Shown: positions 1 to 11,214 of the stretch, in pieces | How the letters are laid out: each line of letters starts with the position of its first letter | Position numbering within the stretch: position 1 is the stretch's first letter | Assembly: GCF_009914755.1 (NCBI RefSeq) | Contig: NC_060927.1 | Origin: the human T2T-CHM13v2.0 reference genome, Homo sapiens | Length of the DNA: 64,000 nucleotides | Strand: one strand, 5' to 3' | The notes under the pieces: generated by a model | The model's input: only the letters and a program-made list of their open reading frames with translations | Databases searched by the model: none | What the model was told of the DNA's origin: nothing | Translations under genes and position numbers: made by a program

Positions 1-961
1 TGAAGTCTTATATGATCAAATTCAGGGAGGGGGGAATATTTTTTAAGTCAGCCAAAGGAAAGAGGCTGTCTCTCTCAAATTACAGCTCATGATGTTTGCA
101 AGTGCTTTGGTGATTTCTTGAACCACTGTGTAGAGATGATCTTTCAGGAAAGTAATGTTTTTCCTGCCCCTAAAAAGAGACTTGTATTGTAGGAGCCTTT
201 TCAGATCATACCTTAGCAGAAAGAAGTGACCCACAGAAACATATTTTCAGTGACTAAATAATAGACCAGAAAGGGGAGAGTGTCTGATCATTTAAGGTGG
301 TCTTTTGTTATATTTTTAGTCATTCCCTAGAGTTCACCAAATTGACACTATTTAGTAATATCACAGCACATATATTCTGAATACATATTTTCACGTTCTT
401 CTGAGACAAGTTGTGTTTCATATATTTTATCCCTGTTCCATCCAGGAAGAAATAGAAATATTGCCCAGGTCAGAAGGACAGGAGGAGAAATTATCTGAGG
501 TGGAGTTTTGGTGAAGTTTGAGGTGGACAGAAAGTAGACACAGCAATGAATCCTGGATGCACTTAAGAGTTTTCTTTACTTGAAGCTGCAAAGCCTTTTC
601 CTGCCTGTGATATTGCTGATTCCTGCCTTCCTGCCTAAGGTTCAGACCAAGCCATGACAGACAAAGTTGAGAGGCTGCCTGCCTTTTGACTCATTCTTAC
701 TTCTGTGTGTAAAGGCTAGGAATCCACAGGAATAGGACATCTGCAGCTATAAACACAAAGAAGATGGAGACCAGTTGGAAAATGTCATCCTGCACTATCA
801 TTCAGCTGCCATAACAGGGAATGCTCCACTGACCTACTTTAGAATGGTCCTCTTTGTTGTGCAGCCACAGTGGATACCACATCATAAAATGACAGAACTG
901 GGCCGGTAGTATAAAATAGGGCCGTCCTTTGTAAATGTCTGGGACTCAGTGAAACAGGCAG

Positions 962-989
962 GTGTGTGTGTGTGTGTGTGTGTGTGTGT
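962..989. repeat. (TG)n microsatellite
   Basis: Pure gt repeat, about 14 units. Confidence 0.95.
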
Positions 990-1221
990 CTACATTGTGA
1001 CCCACTTATTAAGGATAGAGGGAAGAGAAATATATGGTTAAATCCTGTTAAAGTGTTTTCTCCATAGCTTATCAAACACTATCTGATTGTTCAACCACAG
1101 AAACAAAGCAAGTATCATTCTATCACATGTTAAGCATAGCTTGGGAAGAAAATGCAGAAGCATATGGCAACCCTGCAGCCCCTGCCTCAACAACATTATA
1201 ATAAATAAACATAGGAAGGCC

Positions 1222-1287
1222 CATACATACACATGTACATGTATGTGCATCACATACACACACGTGCGCACACACACACACACACAC
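1222..1287. repeat. Imperfect (CA)n / alternating purine-pyrimidine tract
   Basis: catacatacacatgtacatg...gcgcacacacacacacacac. Confidence 0.85.
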
Positions 1288-3739
1288 TCCTGCCTCCAGT
1301 CAGGGAAGTATGTTTCTGTTGTCATAGCAAGACTGTGGTTTAAAGGGTTCATATCCACTTCAGCCTGTACCAGATCCTTTGCAATCTAAGATCCAGACAC
1401 CATCCCTTCATTTATAATGTCATAAAGAGAAGTGCCAAGAATCACATATAATTCAAACTGATGAAGGACGATGAACGAGCCTGACTCTGTTGACCTGAAA
1501 GAACTATATCACTTTGCCTGATGTTATCCTAATATTTCTGTTTGTAAGGAGATTTCAAGGAATTCCTTCTGAGTATCTATTTTCTTATTTTAAAAAATAG
1601 AAAAAAGACACCTATCTAATAGGTGTGTTGTCAAGTTTAAATGAGCCAGTACCCAAATGCAGTCGTGCTCAGTTATTAGTAACTTTCAAGGCACTTTGCT
1701 TCTTCCCTGTCTTAATGCCTTGCTCCCTGCTGTATAGGGACCATGCGAAGCTGCTGTGGGCCTCCCTGCTGTCTGGAGGTCTAGTCTCTTACATCAACTG
1801 CCAGAAGTTTGCTGCCCAGATGCCTTCTTGGTGCCAAAATGCTTAAATACATCCACAGTGAGACAAAGCATCTCCTCCCTCAGTAAAACTTGCCACTTCA
1901 CTGATGTTCTCTCTCCTCTGAGGGCAGATGGCACCTCATCCTCAGCTACCTGGCCCCTTTATTGATAAATCCCTTCCATGACCACAGTGTCAGTGCTACT
2001 TCTGTGGCTTTTCTCTCATTGGCACCCACTTATCTTCCCCACAGCTCCCACCCTGATTCAAGCTTTAGTACATTTCATACAAACTCTTTCAAGAACTTCC
2101 TAAATTATGTTATTTCCCTCTGTCTATATCTCCTCATCCACTTAATATACTGCTGACATATCTCTTCTGGAAACAAACTGACGTCACATTACTGCTTTTC
2201 TCAAGAATATTTGCACTACCTCATTGCCCGAAGAATTACGATCATGCTGCCTAGTTTGACTTGCTCAAACCTCCGGTAACTAACAAAGGTTAAGTAAAAA
2301 CTTTGTCTCATTGGATTCATAGAAAGTAAAACTTTGTTCAGTGCCCCTAACAGTCATCAACAGTGCCACAGGTGATCATCAGCAAATGGATCATCACAAA
2401 CAAACAAACTCAAAATATAGACCTGCAAGAGACAGGAGAGAGGCAGGATCATGCCAAGGAGTCAGAGGGTTGGTGGATCAAGTGGTCTTGGACAACTGAT
2501 TTACCTTCTCTCAATCTAAGTGTCTTTAAAATGAGAGCAGAAATAACAATACCTACATCATAGAATTTACTGACAACTACAGTAATACATGTGAAAGCAT
2601 TTTGTGGACTATAAGACTTAAAACCTGTTCACTATTATTAAAGCTATCTTTATGTGTGAAAAGCAGGTTGATATTAACCGTATATCAAATTCCTAGGAAA
2701 GGAGTCTGGAAATAGGGAAAAGGGGTTGAGCATGAATTGGCCAGTCCATTCTTTGGAGACCTGAGGATCAATACAAATTCTTCAGCCTTGAGCTAGAAGA
2801 GCAATTCTGAAGCAAGCACATGAAATTGTGAACACTGCAGACTTCAGAAAAGAGGAGAAGAAGACAGCATAGCAGATATTATTAATACCGGGATCAGGGA
2901 TGGCAAGTCCAGATGTTTCCCAGATGGTCGTGAGAAAATGATCATCCAGGAGGATACCTCCTCCTAAAACTTTAAGCAAAACACACAAAAGAGAAGAAAA
3001 GCCTACCAGCCATGGTATTAGGATGTGAACCAGTGACCCAGAGGGCAAAGGCTGTGGACTCCAACCACAAGGCCCTCAGCCAACCTAACTCTATTTGCTA
3101 TTTTTAAAGCCAAGTGCGGGTGAGGGGCGGGGGAAGTAGAAAGAGTTTTTCCACTAGTAGTCAGGAACCGAAATAGGAAAGATCAACAGAGGCATTTATA
3201 AACAATGAATGCCATTAATTTTTTTAAAGCTAAGACAGGGTTGGAAAAGATGTAGTAGAGCAAGGAGTGGGGAACATAGGCAGGGAAAGATGGCCCTGGG
3301 GTCTTCACATTTTTAAAGGGTCCTTTCTGCTTGCTTGATGGCATTTCAAAAGTCACTGCTGAATTACTATATTATTGAATTTCCTGGAAAACTTGGAAAC
3401 CATCTTGTTCAACTGAACTTGGACTAGGGGAGAGATGGAATGGGTTATTTTTCATTGAGGCCCCATACTAGAGTTCAACTGTGATAGAAAATATGCTCCC
3501 TTTCTTCCCCTTAAATAGAAAATTTTGTAACTATTGAGAGATATCTAAAGTTTAGGGGCAGTTTAAGTTGTAATGATCTAACTCCAAATATCAAGCTCTT
3601 TCTAAAATATCACAATGAGAAGACAGTGACAAGTAATCTAGGTCTCCCGTTGGGATGATGAGAAAGAGGTCATTTGTAAGCCCTGGTTCGAGCCATGTCT
3701 GCTTAACTTCCCAGCGTGGTGTGACAAGAAGACCATAAG

Positions 3740-3862
3740 ACCATGAGGCTGGAGATTAGTATTTTAATTCCAGCTCTGCGTGAAGGAACAGTGTGATATC
3801 TACCAAATCACTTTGCTTCTCTGAGCCCTAGTTTATCGGTAAAATGAGAGGGTTGGCTAGAT
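3740..3862 (+). mobile_element. MIR fragment
   Basis: aatcactttgcttctctgagccctagtttatcggtaaaatgag resembles the MIR core. Confidence 0.6.
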
Positions 3863-4029
3863 CTGGGAGGGCAAACCAACTTCCATACTAATTGATTGAA
3901 AGTGCCTCACCAAAGAAGCTTCTAAAGCTGCACCTCAATTTAGAGAAAAAATTGTCATGGATTAGAGATGTTTGTCATGTACCCCAAATGAAGGACTTCA
4001 ACACGTATGTATTTGCATTTCCTAGGCTG

Positions 4030-4210
4030 CTGATCTATAAGCCAGGACATCTCAGAAATTTAGTGAGTATCTAAGTCACCCGGAAGTCTTGTTAGAATAC
4101 ACAATTCTGATTTAGTGGATCTGGTTAGGCCCTGAGATTCTGCATTCCTAACAGGGTCTCAGGTAATGCTAGTGATGCTAGTCCATGAACTACACTTTTA
4201 GTTGCAAGGC
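4030..4210. mobile_element. MER5-family hAT-Charlie MITE
   Basis: cttgttagaata...attctgatttagtggatctgg...gattctgcattcctaacag...actacacttt. Confidence 0.65.
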
Positions 4211-5486
4211 TTTAACATATCTCCCTGACAAAATTCTCTGAAACTAAAATTCAGCAAGTAACTTATAAGAGTTATGTGAAAGGCATTAGGTACTGGGGAG
4301 AGAGAAAAGGAAATACAAAATTAGTTGAGAAAAGAACTAATTTTAGTTTTTAATAACATCTTTACTTAGTTTCTTGCATACATATTCATCTAATTATTTC
4401 TTTTTTTCCCCACAGATGCTTCATATATACAGATTATCCTGGTAAATAATTGGGGATACACATAAAAACACCTGAACCAAAGCATATACAAAGTACTAGG
4501 GAAAGCCACAAGTGGAAACAATAGTTCTACCTCAGGAGGAAGAGGTCAATGAAAGTTCCATGAAGAATGTAGTATTTGAGTTGGGTATTGAAGGATGAAT
4601 AGGAGTTAATGACTCTCTACCAAACTATCTACAGTTCTTAGCAGCAATATCCTGTTGTGTACCAAGAATCAAAACATCCCATATTTTCTTTAAAATAAAA
4701 GCATGACAGAATCAATTTTTAATTTTCCAGAAGTTAATACATAGTGTACAGATTGCTCTAGCTTAACCATTGTCTCTCTTTTAATGAACTCCTCATTTAG
4801 GAGGCACCATATCCAAAAGGAAAATCAAATGGTTTCATGATTTGGTTTTCGTCAGAAACAGTATTTTAAAAGACTTCTCGGCCAGTTTATTCTTTTATTC
4901 CTGATTTCCAAATTATGATAGATCAAAGAACTGGTATCTTGGCAAAACCAGAAAATCTAGCTAGAAGGTTTCAGGTAAGGCTAGTTGATGAAAGAGGGGG
5001 AGAATAACTAAGTAAAGGACACCAGACAGAAATGCAATGTCAGGTATGCATTAAGTCAGACCTCCTTTAGGATTCTAGCTCTACCACTCACTAACTAGTT
5101 AATCTAGTAACATTGTTTAAACTCTCTGATCCTCAATTTTCCATCTGTTAAGTGAGGAATAATAGCTAACTTCAAAGAACCATGTTAGAGAAAGTGTATG
5201 CAGTCTCTACTTGGCAACCTTGAGCACAGTCCTGTGTCAAGTGACCTTGATCTTTATTATCTCTCAGTTTCAACCCTTCAGGAATAAAGATGAATAGTTC
5301 TTCTATGCAAAGGAAAGAAGAGGGAATCTGTAATCAGGATACCTGTGTTCAGATCTCATCTCTGCCCCATTCTTGCCCTATAGCCTTAGACCAAGCACTT
5401 CCCTCAGCTTGGAAGAACCTGAGGAACCTCAAGCCAGGTTCCTCAGCTATTAAAAAAAATAGCTGAAAACAACTTTTGCTCTACAT

Positions 5487-5902
5487 TGCTGGTTTTCAAC
5501 TGGAGCAATTTGCCTCATACTTTAGCAAATAAAAAGATACAACACCCAGTTAAATTTGAAATTCAGATAAACGACAAATTTTTTTAATAGGTCACTGGCA
5601 ATATTTGGGACACACTTGTCCCATGCAATATTTGGGAAACACTAACACAAAAAAAAATTTATTATATGAAATTAAAATCTAATTGAACTTTCTGTATTTT
5701 ATCTGGCAACCCTACCCCCAGGGGACATTTGGCAATTTCTGGAGATATTTATGGTTGTTACAACTGTAGGAGAAGGGGTGCTGCCGGCATTAGTGGGTAG
5801 AGGCCAGGGATGCTGCTAACTATGCACAGGGCAGCCCTGCACACATACACAGAACAATTACCAGGCCTCAGTGTCAGTAGTGCAGAGGCTGGAAAACCTC
5901 GG
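5487..5902 (+). mobile_element. MER20 hAT element interrupted by MER53
   Basis: ggttttcaactggagcaatttgcc ... ccccaggggacatttggcaatttctggagatattt...gggtagaggccagggatgctgctaa...gaaaacctc. Confidence 0.8.
5519..5714. mobile_element. MER53 palindromic MITE nested in MER20
   Basis: tttagcaaataaaaagatacaacacccagttaaatttgaaattcagataaac...gtcccatgcaatatttggga...tgtattttatctggcaacccta. Confidence 0.75.
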
Positions 5903-5954
5903 TCAGAAAATGTGGATTAAAAAACATGCTTTGAAGTTTATAAAGCATTGAAAA

Positions 5955-6105
5955 CTAACTAATATGGTTAAAAGTCCATACTACCCAAAGCGATTTACAG
6001 ATTCAATGCAATCCCTATCAAAATTTTCAAATGTCTTTCTCATAGATGTATAAAACACAATTCTAAAATTCATAGGAAACCACAAAAAAATCCTGAATAG
6101 CCAAT
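5955..6105 (+). mobile_element. Old L1 ORF2 fragment
   Basis: ctacccaaagcgatttacagattcaatgcaatccctatcaaaa translates to [14 protein letters not shown]. Confidence 0.8.
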
Positions 6106-6539
6106 TCTTCAAAAATAATAACATTTCCTTTCAAAAATATGTAGTGTTTTATTTCTTAATATAAGAAAATATGCTCACTATGGAAAATGAGGAAATATGA
6201 GTAAGCAAAAACAAGAACAAGAGGAATTACAATTCCACAATCCAGATAGACATATTATTAACATCTTGGTGTGTGCCCTGCTAGACTTTTTTACATGTAT
6301 GTATATGCATATTTTGAATGAGAGTTTTCTAAATATTTTGCATGTACTTTTCAATATTTATTTTTAGAATCATTTTATGAAGTTCCCCACCCAAATCCCA
6401 TTGATATTTCAACTGGAATTCTGGTAAATCTGCAGAACCACTTGAAAATTGGCATCCCTTCAAGAAATGTTTTTCTTATTTAATAAGCATGCTGAGTATT
6501 ATTAATATCAGACACCTTTGCATTTTTTCAAACTTAAAT

Positions 6540-7990
6540 AGGAATTCATTCAGCAAATACTTATGGAGTATCTCCTCTTGTGCTAAACCCTGTTCTGAAC
6601 ACTTGGGATGCATCAATGAACAAACCAGGCAAAGATCTTCGCTCTCAAAGAGTTGACATTTTAACTGGGGAGACGATGGATGGATGATGGATGAATGGAT
6701 GGATAGAGATGAATAGATAGGTAAGAAGGTGATTGATGATAGGTAGATAGATAATTTTCTAAGGTGATAAATGATATGGAAAGAAGGAAAATGTAAAACA
6801 AACAAGAAGAGAAAGAAGTGCAGAGGCAGGGGGCAGGTTGCAGTATCACATGAGGTGGTCAGAATGAGAGTCATCAAGAAGATAATATGAGTAAATTTTG
6901 CAGAAAATGAAGGAACTCCTGGGAAGAAGCATTCCAAGTGAATGAAACAGCTAGAGCAAACCTCAAAGCAGAGCATACTTGGTGTCTTTAAGTAACAGCC
7001 ACAGGCCAGTGTGGGTCTAAAACAGAGAGAATAAAGAATACAGAGTAAAGGAGCAGAGAGATCTTGTGCAACTCTGTAGGCCACTGCAAGGACTTTGGCT
7101 TTTATTCTGTAGGGTAATTAACAGGACATGGATCTAATTATACTTGCAAATGGTTGGTGTTGCTGTTATGTGAAAAATAGACTTCAATGGCGTGGGGGCG
7201 AGGATTGACGCAAGCAGAACAGTTAGGAGGCTATTACAGTAATTCAGGTAAGAGATAAAGGTACAGCAGGAAGAATAGAGACAGGGTCAGATTGTTCATA
7301 TATTTTGAATGACTCCAACAGGATTGATTTTCTACATGTTGGCTGTATGGGAAAAATAGGAGATGGGGATGCTTCCAAGGTTTCTGGACTAAGCAACTTG
7401 AAAAATGGAGTTTCCATCAACTTAGATAGGGAAACTGTCTACTATAAGTTTTGGAGTACGTGAAGTTGTGTAGATTCTGGAGTATGCATTGGGGGAAAAT
7501 TCAGTGTTAGTCACGTTAAAATTGAAATGTTTATTTGACAGCCAAGCCAAAAGAAATAAGTGTCAAGCAGTCAGGTGTATAAGTAGGTCTGGAGTTTGAG
7601 AGTCTTGTCTAGATTAGAGATATAATTTTGAAATAATCATCATATAAATAGTATTTAAAGGCATAAGACCTTTGGATATGAGCCAGGGAGTAAGTATAGA
7701 CAGAGAAGAGGACCAATGACTGAGCCCTGGAGCCCTCCAATGTTAAAAAGTTGGGTAGAAGAGGAGGAACTAGCAAAGGGACTGGGAAGGAGTGACCAGT
7801 GTGGTAGGTGTAAGCCAAGAAAATGTGTTGTCTTCAAAGCCAAAAAGGAAAATAGATTGAGGAGAGAATGATCAGCCTTGTCAAATGTTGTTGATAGCTC
7901 AATTATGGGAAAGACTTTGACTGTGGCACTTAGCCAAGTGGATCATGGTGTCTAGTAACCTTGATGAGAGCAATTTTTGTGGATGGTGAG
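6540..7990 (-). mobile_element. L2 3' region with an internal (GATG/GATA)n tract at about 6675-6755
   Basis: attcattcagcaaatacttatggag is the reverse complement of the L2 3' end, followed by typical L2 body sequence. Confidence 0.8.
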
Positions 7991-8700
7991 GAAGAGATTC
8001 TAATGTTTCCACATTACATATCATAGAAATTTATTTCACATGTGTATTCCTTATTATAATAGGGAAGTACCCTTCTGTCCCATATTTAGTCACAGTTTAT
8101 GTCAGAATGAGAAGTCTATTTATATGATTGTTATAATATAACAATTTTATATGATTGTTAGGTTGACAGCTATTTTTCATAATAAGTGATCTTTGCATTC
8201 CTGGGAAAAAAAACCTGACAAGATCATGTGACTCTTCTTTCTGTACAAGGTGGACTTTGTTTTGCTAACATTGGATTTAAAATTTTTACACTTATAAGTA
8301 AGATTGATCTGTAGTTTCTCTTCTTTGCTTCGAGAAATTTTGGTTTCATTTTTAGTGCAACTTATAAAATTAATTAAGAAGCTTTTTTGTTATATTGTGC
8401 AACTTCATAGAAGGGAATTCTCTCAATGATTTGATAAAAAGCTATTCTTACAATTGTGTAGACAAGGTACCTTTTGGCAGGGGTTCCTGAAATAATTTTT
8501 CTTTTAATTTCATCCTCAGTCATTAGGCTAGTAAAGTCTTCTCTCTGTCCTCCTTGCACCTTTGATGGAATATATTGGAGCCGGGCTTTGAATCCAGGAA
8601 TGTGTGGCTCTAAAATCCATCCAAAATCCTGAAACACAAGAAGCATACGTCTGTGTCTATAACAAAATCTCTCATTTTAATTTTTTTTAATTTTTTTTGG

Positions 8701-9631
8701 TAGTTTTTCTTTTTTTTTTTAATTATACTTTAAGTTTTCGGGTACATGTATGTGCACATCGTGCAGGTTAGTTACATATATATACATGTGCCATGTTGGT
8801 GTGCTGAACCCATTAACTCGTCATTCAACATTAGGTATATCTCCAAATGCTATCCCTCCCCCCTCCCCCCACCCCACAACAGGCCCCAGTGTGCGATGTT
8901 CCCCTTCCTGTGTCCATGTGATCTCATTGTTCAATTCCCACCTATGAGTGAGAACATGCGGTGTTTGGTTTTTTGTCCTTGCGATAGTTTACTGAGAATG
9001 ATGGTTTCCAGCTTCATCCATGTCCCTCCCTACAAAGGACATGAACTCATCCTTTTTTATGGCTGCATAGTATTCCATGATGTATATGTGCCACATTCTC
9101 TTAATCCAGTCTATCATTGTTGGACATTTGGGTTGGTTCCAAGTCTTTGCTATTGTGAATAGTGCCACAGTAAACATACGTGTGCATGTGTCTTTATAGC
9201 AGCATGATTTATAATCCTTTGGGTATATACCCAGTAATGGGATTGCTGGGTCAAATGGTATTTCTAGTTCTAGATCCCTGAGGAATCGCCACACTGACTT
9301 GCACAATGGTTGAACTAGTTTACAGTCCCACCAACAGTGTAAAAGTGTTCCTATTTATGCACATCCTCTCCAGCACCTGTTGTTTCCTGACTCTTTAATG
9401 ATCGCCATTCTAACTGGTGTGAGATGGTATCTCATTGTGGTTTTGATTTGCATTTCTCTGATGGCCAGTGATGATGAGCATTTTTTCATGTGTCTTTTGG
9501 CTGCATAAATGTCTTCTTTTGAGAAGTGTCTGTTCATATTATTTGCCCACTTTTTGATGGGGTTGTTTGTTTTTTTCTTGTAAACTTGTTGGAGTTCATT
9601 GTAGATTCTGGACATTAGCACTTTGTCAGAT
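8701..9631 (-). mobile_element. 5'-truncated L1PA (L1PA2-4-like) inserted in the poly(A) tail of the L1PB
   Basis: Poly-T then aattatactttaagtttt..ggtacatgt, an L1PA 3'UTR. ORF2 C-terminal fragments at 8989-9306 and 9355-9621. Confidence 0.9.
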
Positions 9632-10780
9632 TATTTTTTAATTTATTTTTTTATTTCAATAGATTTTCAGGGAACAGGTGGCTTTGGTTACATAATAAGT
9701 TCTTTAGTGGTGATTTCTGAGATTTTGGTGTACCTATTACTTGAGCAGTGTACACTGTACCAATGTGCCGTCCTTTATCCCTCACCCCTGCAAACTCTTT
9801 CCCCCAAGTCCCCGAAGTCCAATGTATCTTTCTTATGCCTTTGCCTTTTCAAAGCTTAGCTCCCACATATTAGTGAGATCATATGATGTTTGGTTTTCCA
9901 TTCCTGAGTTATTTCCATTCCTGAGTTATTGGAACAATAGTCTCCGATTCCATCCAGGTTGCTATGAATGACATTATTTTGTTCCTTTTTATGGTTGAGT
10001 AGTATTCCATGGTGTGTGTGTGTGTGTGTATTTTTTTTTTTACACATTTTCTTTATCCACTAGTTGATTGATGGGCATTTGGGCTGGTCCCACATTTTTG
10101 CAGTTGTGACTTGTGCTTCTGTAAACATGCATGTGCACGTGTCTTTTTCGTATCATGACTTTTCCTCAGGGTAAATAGCCAGTACTGGGATTGCTGAATC
10201 AAGCAGTACATCTACTTTTAGTTCTTTACAGAGTCTCCACAGTTTTCCATAGTGTTTGTACTCATTTACATTCCTACCAACAGTGTAAAAGTGTTCCCTT
10301 TTCACTACATCCATACCAACATCTATTTTTTAAATGTTTTTATTATGACCATTCTTGCAGGAGTGAGGTGGTATCACATTGTGGTTTTGATTTGCATTTC
10401 CCTGATAATTAGTGATGTTGAACATTTTTTCATATGTTTGTTGGCCATTTCTATATCTTCTCTAGAGAGCTGTCTATTCATGTCCTTAACCCACTTTTTG
10501 ATGAGATTGTTTATTTTCTTCCTGATTTGTTTGAGTTCCTTGTAGATTCTGGATATTAGTCCTTTGTTGGAGGTATACATTGTGAAGATTTTCTCCCATT
10601 CTGTGGGCTGTGTGTTAACTCTGATGATTATTTCTGTTGCTGTGAAGAAGCTTTTTAGTTTAACTAAGTCCCATCTATTTATCTTTGTTTTTGCTGCATT
10701 TGCTTTTGGGTTCTTGGTCATGAAGTCTTTGCCTAAGCCAATATCTAGAAGGGTTTTTCCAATGTTATTTTCTAGAATAT

Positions 10781-11214
10781 TGTATTACTCAGGGTTCTCT
10801 TAGAGGGACAGAACTAACGGTACTAAAGGGGAATTTATTAAATATTAACTTACATGATCACAAGGTCCCACAACAGGCTGTCTGCAAGCTGAGGTGCAAG
10901 GAGAGCCACTCTGAGTCCCAAAACTGAAGAACTTGGAGACCGATGTTTGAGGGCAGGAAGCATCCAGCATGGGAGAAAGAGGTAGGCTGGGAGGCTAGGC
11001 CCATCTCTCTTTTACAAATTTTTCTGCCTGATTTATATTCACTGGAAGCTGATTAGATTGTGCCCACCAGATTAAGGGTGGATCTACCTTCCCCCGCCCA
11101 CTGATTCAAATGTTAATCTCTTTTGGCAACACCCACCCAGACACACCCAGGATTAATACTTTGTATCCCTCAATCCAATCAAGCTGACACTCACATTCAG
11201 TATTAATCATCATA
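10781..11214 (-). mobile_element. MLT2A (MLT2A1-like, ERVL) solo LTR inserted in L1PB ORF2
   Basis: tgtattactcagggttctcttagaggg...cagtattaatcatcata, with 5-bp TSD AATAT at 10776-10780 and 11215-11219. Confidence 0.9.

Noticed and set aside
962-1287. (TG)n and (CA)n tracts as an inverted-repeat element
   Set aside because: Complementarity is trivial for dinucleotide repeats, and the flanks are unrelated.
6476-7084. 202-aa minus-strand ORF
   Set aside because: Lies wholly in an L2 relic plus a GATG/GATA repeat, starts at a non-ATG codon and shows no domain signal.
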